Notes: generated from the sequence alone by a model not told the origin. DNA of 64,000 nucleotides from an uncultured Candidatus Saccharibacteria bacterium (GCA_938045235.1 CALIMZ010000010.1:2060-66059), one strand, 5' to 3'. Positions 1 through 9,393 are shown, numbered from the stretch's first letter. A program made the numbers and translations.

Positions 1-546
1 AATGCCGGTTCGGCGTTGATGGGTATTGGTCGAGCGAGCGGCGAAAATCGTGCAGCGCAGGCGGCGCAGCAGGCGATTGAAAGCCCGCTGATTGAGGTGT
101 CGATCGACGGCGCGAAAGGCGTGCTATTTAACGTCACTGGCGGCTATGATATGAGTATGGCGGAAATTCAAGAGGCGGCAGAAATTATTACGAGCGCTGT
201 GTCGCCGGACGCGAATATTATTTTTGGCGCGACTCTAAAGCCTGAACTTGAAGACGAGTTGATTATTACCGTAATTGCAACGGGTTTTGATAGCGAGTTT
301 TTCCAGCAGCAAGCCGAAGAATTAGAGCAGCCGGCAAGTTTGACGCCGGCGGCGCCTGTTGCGCCAGCTGAAGACTCAAGCACTCCGGTTGATGATATTG
401 ATATGAACTTGTCGCACGCCGACGCTGCAGCGCAGTTTGCCGGCGAGTCAACGACTGATATTTGGAATCAACCGATGGATGACGATGATGATGACACGCC
501 AGCATTTTTGCGCCGCCGCAAGAAACATAAATCATCCGATGAATAG
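1..546 (+). CDS. ftsZ: Cell division protein FtsZ, C-terminal part (5' truncated by window)
   Basis: ALMGIGRASGENRA...AIESPL...GAKGVLFNVTGG...IIFGA...ITVIATGF, acidic linker, and C-terminal DTPAFLRR peptide. Confidence 0.97.
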   Translation, partial: NAGSALMGIGRASGENRAAQAAQQAIESPLIEVSIDGAKGVLFNVTGGYDMSMAEIQEAAEIITSAVSPDANIIFGATLKPELEDELIITVIATGFDSEFFQQQAEELEQPASLTPAAPVAPAEDSSTPVDDIDMNLSHADAAAQFAGESTTDIWNQPMDDDDDDTPAFLRRRKKHKSSDE

Positions 547-561
547 GAGAAGTTTTTCGCG

Positions 562-1017
562 ATGCATACGATAAAAATTGGCAATAGCCGCGTCCTTGAG
601 TCGCGCGAGTCGGCGGACGGAATCACAATTCGCCGCCGCCGTGAAACGCTTGATGGCAAACATCGGTTTACGACGTACGAGCGTGTTGAACGTCCAAATT
701 TGGCGGTAATTAAAAAAGATAGTTCGCGCGAGTTGTTTGAACGGACAAAATTGGCAAACGCAATTCGCCGTTCGGTTGGAAAGTTTTTCAAGTCGGAGGT
801 TGAAGTCGAAGAGATTATTGATCGGGTCGAGGATAGACTGTATGGTTTAGGTGAAACCGAAATACCGTCGCGTCAGATCGGCGAACTTGTGCTTGACGAG
901 CTCGCCGCCTGCAACGAAGTAGCGTACGTTCGGTTCGCGAGCGTATTCCAAAAGTTTGAGACGCTTGATGATTTTGTGAAAATTCTTGAACAGCGTAAGC
1001 GGAGCAAGCAATCCTGA
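562..1017 (+). CDS. nrdR: Transcriptional repressor NrdR (ATP-cone); Zn-ribbon cysteines absent
   Basis: SRVLESR...IRRRRE...RFTTYERVE, VIKKD..RELFER.KL, EVAYVRFASVF. Confidence 0.93.
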   Translation: MHTIKIGNSRVLESRESADGITIRRRRETLDGKHRFTTYERVERPNLAVIKKDSSRELFERTKLANAIRRSVGKFFKSEVEVEEIIDRVEDRLYGLGETEIPSRQIGELVLDELAACNEVAYVRFASVFQKFETLDDFVKILEQRKRSKQS

Positions 1018-1283
1018 TGCGTGTCGTTGTTGTTTCAAAAGACGATACTGATTATAGCCGCCAAGTTGCGACCTTTGTTGATGATATGGCGCGCCAGACA
1101 GGACATGAACTTGAGGTGCTTGATCCGGAATCGCGCGAGGGCGAGTCGTTTTGCCGGGCGTATGATATTGTTGAGTATCCAACGATTGTTGCATTAAGTG
1201 CAGATAGCCAGCTGCAAGCTATGTGGCGCGGTTTGCCGTTGCCGTTGATTAGCGAGGTGAGTTATTACGCCGTCCAAGACTAG
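1017..1283 (+). CDS. Small thioredoxin/glutaredoxin-fold protein without CxxC
   Basis: 88 aa; RVVVVSK strand and YDIVEYPTIV (cis-Pro-like motif); start overlaps nrdR stop (TGATG). Confidence 0.5.
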   Translation: MRVVVVSKDDTDYSRQVATFVDDMARQTGHELEVLDPESREGESFCRAYDIVEYPTIVALSADSQLQAMWRGLPLPLISEVSYYAVQD

Positions 1284-1287
1284 CGCT

Positions 1288-1878
1288 TTGACAGACCGCC
1301 AGCGGGTTATTGTGTTTGGCGTGTTGCTTATTGGGTCGGCAATTGGGCTTGTAGCATCGATCGTATTGTCGCACGAAGCGCTAACGATTGCAAAGGACAG
1401 TAGCAAAGTGCTTGGCTGCGATTTGAACGCTGCGATGAGCTGCAGTTCGGTAGCAAAACATTGGTCGGCGCATGTTGTCGGCGATATTCCGAACAGTTTC
1501 GTCGGCATGGTGGCGTACCCAGTATTTATCACGATTGCTGTTGCTGGACTGGCACGTACGCGATTTCCACGTTGGTTTATGCGCGCCGCTGAGGCTGGCG
1601 GATGGGTGAGTCTGGGCTTTGCGGGTTGGATGTTTTATATGAGCTACATTGTAATTGGTGCGCTGTGCCCGTGGTGTTTGGCGACAGATGCAGCAGTACT
1701 GCTCGTGCTTTTTGCGCTTATTCGCCATAATGCACTGACAGGCAATCCGATGATTTCCGCAAAATTGGCGCCGTCTAAAAAATGTATTCAGCAAAATTAC
1801 GACGTTGTCGTTTTTGTCGGTGTTGCCGTCGTGATATGCGCGTTAATCTTGCTTAAATACGGCGACAGGCTGGTGTAG
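1288..1878 (+). CDS. Vitamin K epoxide reductase (VKOR) family disulfide-bond membrane protein
   Basis: Loop cysteines CDLNAAMSCSSV, IPNS motif, CPWC in TM segment; TTG start. Confidence 0.9.
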   Translation: MTDRQRVIVFGVLLIGSAIGLVASIVLSHEALTIAKDSSKVLGCDLNAAMSCSSVAKHWSAHVVGDIPNSFVGMVAYPVFITIAVAGLARTRFPRWFMRAAEAGGWVSLGFAGWMFYMSYIVIGALCPWCLATDAAVLLVLFALIRHNALTGNPMISAKLAPSKKCIQQNYDVVVFVGVAVVICALILLKYGDRLV

Positions 1879-1915
1879 TCTTTAAATACTGCTTTTGCGT
1901 GCTATACTTAAATAT

Positions 1916-2578
1916 ATGAAGCGCAACATAATTATACGAGCATATCTTGGTCTTTCGATTGTAACAGTAGGGATGCTTTTGCTGTTGCGTAACCTTCATG
2001 TTATCTCTTTTGACTATTGGGGAGAGCTATGGGGCGGGTTTTTGTCGTTCTTACTGATTCTCGTGGGGTGCATGATTCTTGTAAAGCGTTCGCGGTGGAT
2101 TTGGGGATTATTGTTCTTGGCTGTAGGGACAACGATTGGTCTCCGTGCACTTCACGTTGTTGATGTTAATTTTTGGCAGATTGTATGGCCAATTTTATTT
2201 ATCGCTGTCGGTTTTGTAGTATTGTTTTCACTCGTGAAAGGCGACAAAATAGCAAGAACGAAAGCTAAACATATGGCAGCGGTATGGTCGGGACAAAGTG
2301 AAAAAGTAGAAGGTGAATATACCGGCGGGGCTGTTTCGTCGGTATTTGGCGGCGTTGACCTTAATCTGCGCCAGGCTGATATCCAGGACGGCGCGGTTAT
2401 TGAATTATTCGTTTTGTTTGGCGGCGTTGATATTATTGTACCGAACGACGTGGTCGTAAAAAACGAGGCTACTGCTATCTTCGGCGGCGTTGATGACAAG
2501 ACCAACCCTGGTGCGAAAGCGAAAAAGACGCTGTATATTCGCGGTGAATGCTTTTTTGGCGGCATTGAATTGAAATAA
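1916..2578 (+). CDS. LiaF-like envelope-stress membrane protein (4 TM plus FGG beta-repeat domain)
   Basis: WQIVWPILFIAVG; repeated VFGGVDL/LFGGVDIIVP/IFGGVD/FFGGIEL; start set at ATG 1916, 7 nt after TGcTATACT. Confidence 0.75.
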   Translation: MKRNIIIRAYLGLSIVTVGMLLLLRNLHVISFDYWGELWGGFLSFLLILVGCMILVKRSRWIWGLLFLAVGTTIGLRALHVVDVNFWQIVWPILFIAVGFVVLFSLVKGDKIARTKAKHMAAVWSGQSEKVEGEYTGGAVSSVFGGVDLNLRQADIQDGAVIELFVLFGGVDIIVPNDVVVKNEATAIFGGVDDKTNPGAKAKKTLYIRGECFFGGIELK

Positions 2579-2583
2579 TATCG

Positions 2584-2612
2584 TTGCTTTTCGCTAAAAA
2601 AGCCCGTACAAT
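2584..2612 (+). promoter_or_regulatory. Sigma70-type promoter of the ileS leader
   Basis: TTGCTT (2584-2589), 17 nt, TACAAT (2607-2612). Confidence 0.75.
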
Positions 2613-2618
2613 TAAAGG

Positions 2619-2828
2619 CGAGGCATCTGAGCGGTTATCGCCCGCGATCTCTCATACGGGAGAATGCCCCAGGAAGAACAGCCTTTAGCTCAGTAGAACC
2701 TGGCGTTCACTCGGCGTAAACGAGTAATTAAGCGCTGAAAGAATCACTTCTTTTGGAATCGAGATGGTACCGTCCGCATGCATGCTTCTCGCGGATTCTC
2801 GAAGTCAAGAGAGGTGATTTTTGTTTGT
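2619..2828 (+). promoter_or_regulatory. T-box riboswitch (Ile) upstream of ileS
   Basis: Stem I closed by GGCAT/ATGCC with ATC specifier at 2647-2649; stem II GGAAGAAC...CAGTAGAACC; antiterminator TCGAGA-TGGTACC-GTCCGC...GCGGAT-TCTCGA; followed by T-rich run. Confidence 0.88.
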
Positions 2829-2844
2829 AGAAAGGAGAATATGA

Positions 2845-5781
2845 ATGAAATTTAAACACGGTACACGCCGGCGGGCAGCAGAATATGAAAAAGATTGGGT
2901 GAAGCGTTGGAAGGTCGACAGAACATTTGAAAAATCGGTCGAACAGCGTCCGGAGGACAATCATTATGTGTTTTATGACGGTCCGCCGTTTATTACCGGT
3001 GTGCCGCACCATGGCACGTTGCTTAGTAGTATTGTTAAAGACGCTGTGCCGCGCTATCAGACTATGAAAGGTAAGCGCGTTGAGCGTGTGTGGGGCTGGG
3101 ATTGTCATGGATTACCGGCAGAAGTGTTTACTGAGAAGAAACTAGGTATTAAAGATCGCCGCGATATCGGTACGACGATTAGTCTGGAAAAGTACATCAC
3201 GACTGCGCGTGAAAATATGGTACAGACTAGTAGTTTGTGGAACGATACGATTGATCGGATTGGTCGCTGGGTAGATATGGATAATGCCTACAAAACCATG
3301 GACAAAGAATACATGGAGAGTGTTTGGTGGGCGTTTAAAGAGCTGCATAATAAAGGCAAAATTTATGAGGGTGAGCGAGTGCTCATGTATTGCACGCGCG
3401 ATGCGACGCCGCTGTCAAAAGCTGAGGTGACGATGGACGCGGGCGCGTACCAAGACGTGACCGACCCAAGTGTATATGTGCGCTTTCAGCTGGAGGACGG
3501 GAGAACGCTGTTGGTTTGGACGACAACGCCGTGGACGCTGCCGGCAAATACGGCTCTAGCAGTGAATGCTGATTTGACGTATGTCGAGGTTGAAGTTGAG
3601 GGCGAACGGTTTGTGTTGGCGAAAAACTTGCTTGATAAGGCATTGACGAATGAAAAACACGAGACGCTGCCGTATACAATTATTACTGAGTACTCTGGCG
3701 AGTCGCTCGTTGGTCTAAGCTATAAGCCGTTATTAGGCGTGAATCGCGGCGAGCACGCACACAAAATTTATGCAGCTGAATATGTGTCGGCTGATGATGG
3801 TACGGGTATCGTCCATATTGCGCCGGCATATGGCGAGGAGGATTTTAATCTCGCTCAAGCTAACAATATTCCCGTTGTGCACGTTATTGACGAAAATGGA
3901 TTTTTCACCGAGGGTGATTGGAAAGGCGAGAATGTTTGGGAAAGTAACAAGCGCATCGCTAAAGAGCTGAAAGAACGCGGCGTCGTTTGGAAGATCGACT
4001 ATATCCGTCACAGCTATCCGCATTGTCATCGCTGCGGCACGCGCTTGATGTATCGGGCGCACCCGAGCTGGTTCTATGATGTACAGGGGCAGAAGGAGCT
4101 GATGCTTGCGAAAAATTCCGAACAGATTACATGGTTTCCTGAGCACCTAAAGCATGGGCGGTTTGAGAAAAATATTGAACAAGCGCCAGATTGGAATTTG
4201 TCGCGCGATCGTTTCTGGGCGACAGCGATGCCAGTCTGGGAGGCGGTTGACGCGGATGGCAATACGCTGCGCGACGAACAGGGTAATAAGCGGCAAATTG
4301 TTGTCGGCTCGTATGTAGAGTTGAAAGAATTGAGCGGCGCAGAGCTTGACGACTATCATCGTCCGTGGATTGATGCGATTGAGTTTGACTTGACGCCTGA
4401 GGGCGATGTGCCGCTAGCTGATTATCGCGGCGAACGTATCCACTATACGCGCATTGATAAAGTGCTGGATGGATGGTTTGAGTCGGGCAGCATGCCATTT
4501 GCACAGTTCCACTATCCGTTTGAGAACAAAGCGAAGTTTGAGGAAAACTTCCCAGGCGATTTTGTGGTTGAGTATATTGGCCAAGTGCGGGCATGGTTCT
4601 ATTATATGCACGTCGTTAGCGTTGGTTTGTTCGGCGAAAGCCCGTTTAAACATGTTGTGACGACCGGCGTGGTGGCGGGCAATGACGGTCGTAAAATGAG
4701 TAAAAGCTATGGTAACTTCACTGACCCAAATGAGCTGATGGATAAGTTTAGCGCTGACAGCCTGCGTTTTTTGCTGTTATCAAGTCCGCTGCTTAATGGC
4801 GAGGACTTTGCGTTACATGATAAAGATGTTGGTGACGTGGCGCGCAAACTTAGTATGATTTGGAATATGTATGATTTCTTCACAATGTATGCTGAGGTTG
4901 ACGGTTGGGAATTTGACGGTACATTGCAGGATCCGCTTAACGATTTAACAAACCCGCTTGATATTTGGATTGTCAGTCGCTTGCACCAGCTGGTTGCGGC
5001 AGTTGAAAAGCATATGGATGGATATAATATCCCGGATGCGCTTAGTCCGATTTTGCCATTCTTAGATGATGCGAGTAATTGGTATGTGCGCCGCAGCCGC
5101 CGCCGCTTCTGGAAATCAGAGGACGACGCGGATAAGAATGATGCGTATAAAACGCTTCACTACGTATTAGTGCGATTAAGCTATTTGCTTGCGCCGTTTA
5201 CGCCATTCTTAGCAGAGGAACTGTATCATAATCTAACGGGCGACAATGAGTCAGTTCACTTGAAAGATTGGTTGTCGGCAGGCACGGTGAATGAGCTGAT
5301 TATTGACGAAATGGCGCGTGTGCGTGAATATATCAATGAAGGTTTGAGCTTGCGTGCTAAGGCTGGAGTGAAAGTGCGCCAACCGCTCGCGCGTGTGACG
5401 GTTCCCGAAAAAGGTAAAACGTTTGATTTTACGCCGATTTTGCTGGAAGAACTGAATGTTAAACGCGTGCTATACGGCGATAGTGTTGCGATAGATACGG
5501 GGATTACTCCCAAACTCAAGCGCGAGGGCCTGGCGCGCGAAATTATTCGCCACGTCCAAAGCGCGCGCAAGAAGGCCGGCTTGAGTGTCGATGATCATAT
5601 TATTTTAGGCTTAAGGTCCAATGACAACAAGTTAAAGAAAGCTATTGATGAACACATGACAATCATTGAAAATGAAACGCTGGCGCAGAAGCTCGGGCCG
5701 GTATCACGTGGCATGTATGAAGAAGAGGTGAAAATTGAAGGCGATAAAGACTTGAAGATATCGTTGAGGCTTGCAGCGTGA
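2845..5781 (+). CDS. ileS: Isoleucine--tRNA ligase, type 2 (IleRS2)
   Basis: FYDGPPF.TG.PHHG, GWDCHGLPAE, WTTTPWTLPAN, GTGIVH, DWNLSR.RFW, KMSKS. Confidence 0.97.
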   Translation: MKFKHGTRRRAAEYEKDWVKRWKVDRTFEKSVEQRPEDNHYVFYDGPPFITGVPHHGTLLSSIVKDAVPRYQTMKGKRVERVWGWDCHGLPAEVFTEKKLGIKDRRDIGTTISLEKYITTARENMVQTSSLWNDTIDRIGRWVDMDNAYKTMDKEYMESVWWAFKELHNKGKIYEGERVLMYCTRDATPLSKAEVTMDAGAYQDVTDPSVYVRFQLEDGRTLLVWTTTPWTLPANTALAVNADLTYVEVEVEGERFVLAKNLLDKALTNEKHETLPYTIITEYSGESLVGLSYKPLLGVNRGEHAHKIYAAEYVSADDGTGIVHIAPAYGEEDFNLAQANNIPVVHVIDENGFFTEGDWKGENVWESNKRIAKELKERGVVWKIDYIRHSYPHCHRCGTRLMYRAHPSWFYDVQGQKELMLAKNSEQITWFPEHLKHGRFEKNIEQAPDWNLSRDRFWATAMPVWEAVDADGNTLRDEQGNKRQIVVGSYVELKELSGAELDDYHRPWIDAIEFDLTPEGDVPLADYRGERIHYTRIDKVLDGWFESGSMPFAQFHYPFENKAKFEENFPGDFVVEYIGQVRAWFYYMHVVSVGLFGESPFKHVVTTGVVAGNDGRKMSKSYGNFTDPNELMDKFSADSLRFLLLSSPLLNGEDFALHDKDVGDVARKLSMIWNMYDFFTMYAEVDGWEFDGTLQDPLNDLTNPLDIWIVSRLHQLVAAVEKHMDGYNIPDALSPILPFLDDASNWYVRRSRRRFWKSEDDADKNDAYKTLHYVLVRLSYLLAPFTPFLAEELYHNLTGDNESVHLKDWLSAGTVNELIIDEMARVREYINEGLSLRAKAGVKVRQPLARVTVPEKGKTFDFTPILLEELNVKRVLYGDSVAIDTGITPKLKREGLAREIIRHVQSARKKAGLSVDDHIILGLRSNDNKLKKAIDEHMTIIENETLAQKLGPVSRGMYEEEVKIEGDKDLKISLRLAA

Positions 5782-5821
5782 TTTATTGACAACAGCAGTT
5801 ACTAAACGAAAAGGAGACTTG

Positions 5822-6652
5822 ATGGCGAAAATCACCAAAGCAATCATACCAGTGGCTGGCTGGGGGACGCGGATGCTGCCTATCACTAAATCGATCGAAA
5901 AGTGCATGTTGCCGGTTGGCACTAAGCCAGTAATTGATTATGTAGTGCAGGACGTACTGCGGGCTGGCGTCAAGGACATTTACTTTGTGGTCGGCGAGCA
6001 GAGCACGCAGATACAGAGTTATTATCGAACAAATATTCAGCTCAATGACTATCTGCGGCGCGCTAGCAAAGAGGACAAGTTGCCTTTGGTGGCGGCGCTA
6101 AAGGGCGCTAATATCCACTTCATCACTCAGTCCAGCACCGGCGGTTATGGCACCAGCGTGCCGGTCGGGCTGGTCGGCAAATTTATCGACGAGGGCGAAT
6201 CGGCGTATGTCATCATGGGTGATCAGTTTTTCTGGCGCCAAGATGGCGGCTCAAACGCGGCGGATTTGGCGGAGTTGGTGGCGGAGCGTGGTCTGGCAGC
6301 TGGGCTGCTGGGCAACCCGGTGGTCGAGGAATTCATTCCGCAGACCGGTATCATCGAAAAAGACGGCGAGGGTAATTTCGTTCGCATCGTCGAAAAACCA
6401 AGCCTAGAGGAAGCGCCGAGTAACCTCAGCAACTCTAGTTTTTACGTGCTGCCCAAGGAAATTTTTGAACTAGCGCGCACCCTGCCAGCTAACCCAATTC
6501 GCGGTGAATACGAGCTAACTGACGCTATCAACACCTACGTGGCGGGCGGCGGCAAATTAATCGTCGGCGAAGCCAAGGGCGAATACATGGAATGCGGCTC
6601 GCCAAAAGGTTGGTTAGCAGCTAACAACCGAATGTTCGAGCTAGGCGTCTAA
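5822..6652 (+). CDS. galU: UTP--glucose-1-phosphate uridylyltransferase-like nucleotidyltransferase
   Basis: KAIIPVAGWGTRMLPITKSIEKCMLP, IVEKP, GEYELTDAI; start after AAGGAG. Confidence 0.8.
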   Translation: MAKITKAIIPVAGWGTRMLPITKSIEKCMLPVGTKPVIDYVVQDVLRAGVKDIYFVVGEQSTQIQSYYRTNIQLNDYLRRASKEDKLPLVAALKGANIHFITQSSTGGYGTSVPVGLVGKFIDEGESAYVIMGDQFFWRQDGGSNAADLAELVAERGLAAGLLGNPVVEEFIPQTGIIEKDGEGNFVRIVEKPSLEEAPSNLSNSSFYVLPKEIFELARTLPANPIRGEYELTDAINTYVAGGGKLIVGEAKGEYMECGSPKGWLAANNRMFELGV

Positions 6653-6719
6653 AATTTGCATTTTCCGCCCAACTCTGATAGAATCAACGGGAGTAAATCG
6701 TAATTTTTAAAGGAACGAA

Positions 6720-7025
6720 ATGAAAGCAGTCGTAAAAATCTCTGGCAAGCAGTATCTTGTCGGCGAAAAAGAGACCCTACGGGTGGATCTCCTCCCGGAA
6801 GGCACAAAAGAGCTCACACTCGACGCACTCATGACTATCGACGGCGATAAAGTCGCGATTGGTACTCCTGTAGTGAAGGGCGTGAAAGTTAAAGCAGAAG
6901 TTGTCGAAGCGCTGGTAAAAGGCGACAAGATCCGCGTCATTCGCTACAAAGCGAAAAAACGCGTCCACAAAGAGAACGGTCATCGCCAAAAATACTCGCT
7001 CATTGAAATTACAGCGATCAAATAG
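6720..7025 (+). CDS. rplU: 50S ribosomal protein bL21
   Basis: AVVKISGKQYLV...KGDKIRVIRYKAKK...GHRQKYS; promoter TTGCAT-17-TAGAAT at 6656-6684. Confidence 0.97.
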   Translation: MKAVVKISGKQYLVGEKETLRVDLLPEGTKELTLDALMTIDGDKVAIGTPVVKGVKVKAEVVEALVKGDKIRVIRYKAKKRVHKENGHRQKYSLIEITAIK

Positions 7026-7030
7026 CAATG

Positions 7031-7066
7031 AAAAACTCCTCGTATAATCTCTCCGAGGAGTTTTTT
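7031..7066 (+). terminator. Intrinsic terminator after rplU
   Basis: AAAAACTCCTCG...CGAGGAGTTTTTT hairpin. Confidence 0.8.
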
Positions 7067-7143
7067 CGTGTCTAGGATAGTTTTTTGTCTTCTTGATTCA
7101 GCTCATGGTATAATAGAGTCTAAAGAGAGGGAATAGAAACAGC

Positions 7144-7908
7144 GTGGCAACGATTATCGCAGTAACTAATCAAAAAGGCGGCGTCGGCAAAACAACGACG
7201 TCAATCAATCTTGCGTATTATTTAGCTAAGAACGGTAAACGGACATTATTGATTGACTTTGACCCGCAGGGTAATGCGACGAGCGGGTTGTCGATTGACA
7301 AACAATCGCTTGATACGACGATGACGGAAGTGATTATGGGCAAAAAAAGGCTCATTGATGCAGTAATGCCGACCGAGTTTACTAATCTGTGGATTGCGCC
7401 GACGACGCCGGAATTAGCAAATGCTGAGGTGGAATTGACGCAGGTGCAGCACCGGTTCAGCCGGCTAAAATATGCGATTCAATTAACGCCGACGCAGTAC
7501 GATTTTGTTATTATTGACTGTCCGCCGAGTTTAAGTTTGCTGACGGTCAACGCGCTGATTGCGGCGCAGTACGTGCTGCTGCCAGTGCAGGCGGAGTTCT
7601 ATGCACTTGAGGGCTTAGGGCAGCTGCTTGAAACGATGAAGCTGATTCGTAAAAACCTTAACCCGACGCTTGACCTGATTGGCGTGCTGCCGACGATGGT
7701 TGATGGCCGCACGTCGTTGTCAACGCAAGTGCTTGATGAAATTTCTAAGCATTTTCCAGCTAAAGTATTCAAAACGAAGATTCCGCGCAATGTGCGGCTC
7801 GCCGAAGCGCCGAGCCATGGGCTGCCGATTGGCGCGTATGATCGGTTTAGCAAGGGTGCGCGCGCCTATAAAGCAGTGACAAAGGAGGTGCTTGATCGTG
7901 TCGGCTAA
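7144..7908 (+). CDS. parA: ParA/Soj chromosome partition ATPase
   Basis: NQKGGVGKTTT, DFDPQGNATSGL, IDCPPSL, IPRNVRLAEAPSHG. Confidence 0.96.
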   Translation: MATIIAVTNQKGGVGKTTTSINLAYYLAKNGKRTLLIDFDPQGNATSGLSIDKQSLDTTMTEVIMGKKRLIDAVMPTEFTNLWIAPTTPELANAEVELTQVQHRFSRLKYAIQLTPTQYDFVIIDCPPSLSLLTVNALIAAQYVLLPVQAEFYALEGLGQLLETMKLIRKNLNPTLDLIGVLPTMVDGRTSLSTQVLDEISKHFPAKVFKTKIPRNVRLAEAPSHGLPIGAYDRFSKGARAYKAVTKEVLDRVG

Positions 7909-8782
7909 AAAGGGTTTAGGGCGAAGTTTCGATTCATTGATTCCGACGGAGTTGCTAGACGAGTCGTTTGATCCGACATCTGAGCAGGATGACCGTGTAA
8001 GTGATTTGCGCTATATTAAGCTCGGTGAGATAGTACCAGATCCGAACCAGCCGCGCCGCGCGTTTGATGAAGTGTCGCTTGACGAACTGGCGGCGTCGGT
8101 AAAGGAGCATGGCGTGTTGCAGCCGATCGTTGTGGCGCCGGATACGCAGGGCTATAGAATTGTTGCGGGCGAGCGGCGGTTTCGCGCATCGCAGCGAGCG
8201 GGGCTTGAAAAGATTCCGGCATTAGTACGGACATTATCAAGCCAGCATAAGTTAGAGTTGTCGCTCATCGAGAACTTGCAGCGTAGCGATTTGAACCCGC
8301 TTGAGACGGCGACGGCATATCTAAAATTGCGCGATCAGTTTAATTTAACACTTGAGGAGATCGGGCAGCGTGTTGGCGGCAAAACGTCGGCGGCGGTTAG
8401 TAATACGCTGCGTTTATTGCGGCTGCCGGCGTCGGCGCGCGATGCGATCATAGCGGGCGATATTCGCGAAGGGCAGGCGCGCCCGTTGATTGGCTTGCCG
8501 GAGAATGTGGTTGACGAAATTATTCCGCGCATTATAAAAGAGGGCTGGAGTGCGCGTGCAATTGAAAGCTATGTGCGCCGCCAGAAAGCGAATGGGCTAA
8601 GCGGTCGTACGACGCGCCAGCCAGCGCCGCGTAAACCGCGCTACGTTAAAGAACAGACTCGTTTTGCCGATCGATTTAAGACGCCGGTTGAGGTGCGGAC
8701 AAATCGCCGCGGTTCTGGGCAAATCGTTATTTCATTTCAGGATCACGCGGATTTTGAGCGGATTTCAAAATTACTTGGCTAG
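7898..8782 (+). CDS. parB: ParB/Spo0J partition protein
   Basis: KKGLGR, QPRRAF, GVLQPI, AGERRFRA, IENLQRSDLNPLE; GTG start after AAGGAGGTG. Confidence 0.96.
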   Translation: MSAKKGLGRSFDSLIPTELLDESFDPTSEQDDRVSDLRYIKLGEIVPDPNQPRRAFDEVSLDELAASVKEHGVLQPIVVAPDTQGYRIVAGERRFRASQRAGLEKIPALVRTLSSQHKLELSLIENLQRSDLNPLETATAYLKLRDQFNLTLEEIGQRVGGKTSAAVSNTLRLLRLPASARDAIIAGDIREGQARPLIGLPENVVDEIIPRIIKEGWSARAIESYVRRQKANGLSGRTTRQPAPRKPRYVKEQTRFADRFKTPVEVRTNRRGSGQIVISFQDHADFERISKLLG

Positions 8783-8784
8783 AG

Positions 8785-9393
8785 TTAGAAAGTCGTTATT
8801 TTTGAGAAAGGAAAGAGACGCACTGAAACCGGTCCGACAACGTCGTGGTTAGGAACAAAGCCGAGTCCAGTGCGCGAGTCGTACGAGCTGCTGCCGATAC
8901 GATTGTCGCCAGCAACGAACAGTACGCCTTCAGGTACGGTTGTGTCGACGTCGCCGCTTGACGGGCTCTGTGGTCCGACGCCACCTCTGCGGTACTCGTC
9001 ATCGGGGTGAAATCCGTTTGGATGCTCGCGATTGTATACAGTAAGCGTGCCGTCTTTGACAGTAACGCGCTCGCCAGGAAATGCGATGACGCGCTTCACG
9101 ATGAACTCATCATGCATGCCGGCTAAAAAACGCGGATTTTTGAAGACGATAACTTGCCCGCGGTTTGGCACGTACGGCTTATTTTTGAGTAAAGCCGCAG
9201 TAACAGGCAGCCGGTCGACGATAAGCCGGTCGCCATCGGCAAGCGTATGGTCCATACTGTGTCCAGATACCGAAAAACTGCGAAATACGTAAGTATTGAT
9301 CAGCAGCGTGCCGATCAGGACAAGCAAAACAAATCCAATGAAATTAAGAATGTCCTTCAACCGTGGATGACGCGTTAAATAACTTGCTTCCAT
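8785..9393 (-). CDS. lepB: Signal peptidase I
   Basis: VSGHSMDHTL, IVKRVIAFPGE, AGDNR..SYDSR; start ATG 9393. Confidence 0.95.
   Translation of the reverse strand: MEASYLTRHPRLKDILNFIGFVLLVLIGTLLINTYVFRSFSVSGHSMDHTLADGDRLIVDRLPVTAALLKNKPYVPNRGQVIVFKNPRFLAGMHDEFIVKRVIAFPGERVTVKDGTLTVYNREHPNGFHPDDEYRRGGVGPQSPSSGDVDTTVPEGVLFVAGDNRIGSSSYDSRTGLGFVPNHDVVGPVSVRLFPFSKITTF

Noticed and set aside
7026..8790. parS site near parAB
   Set aside because: No match to the TGTTTCACGTGAAACA-type palindrome was noticed.
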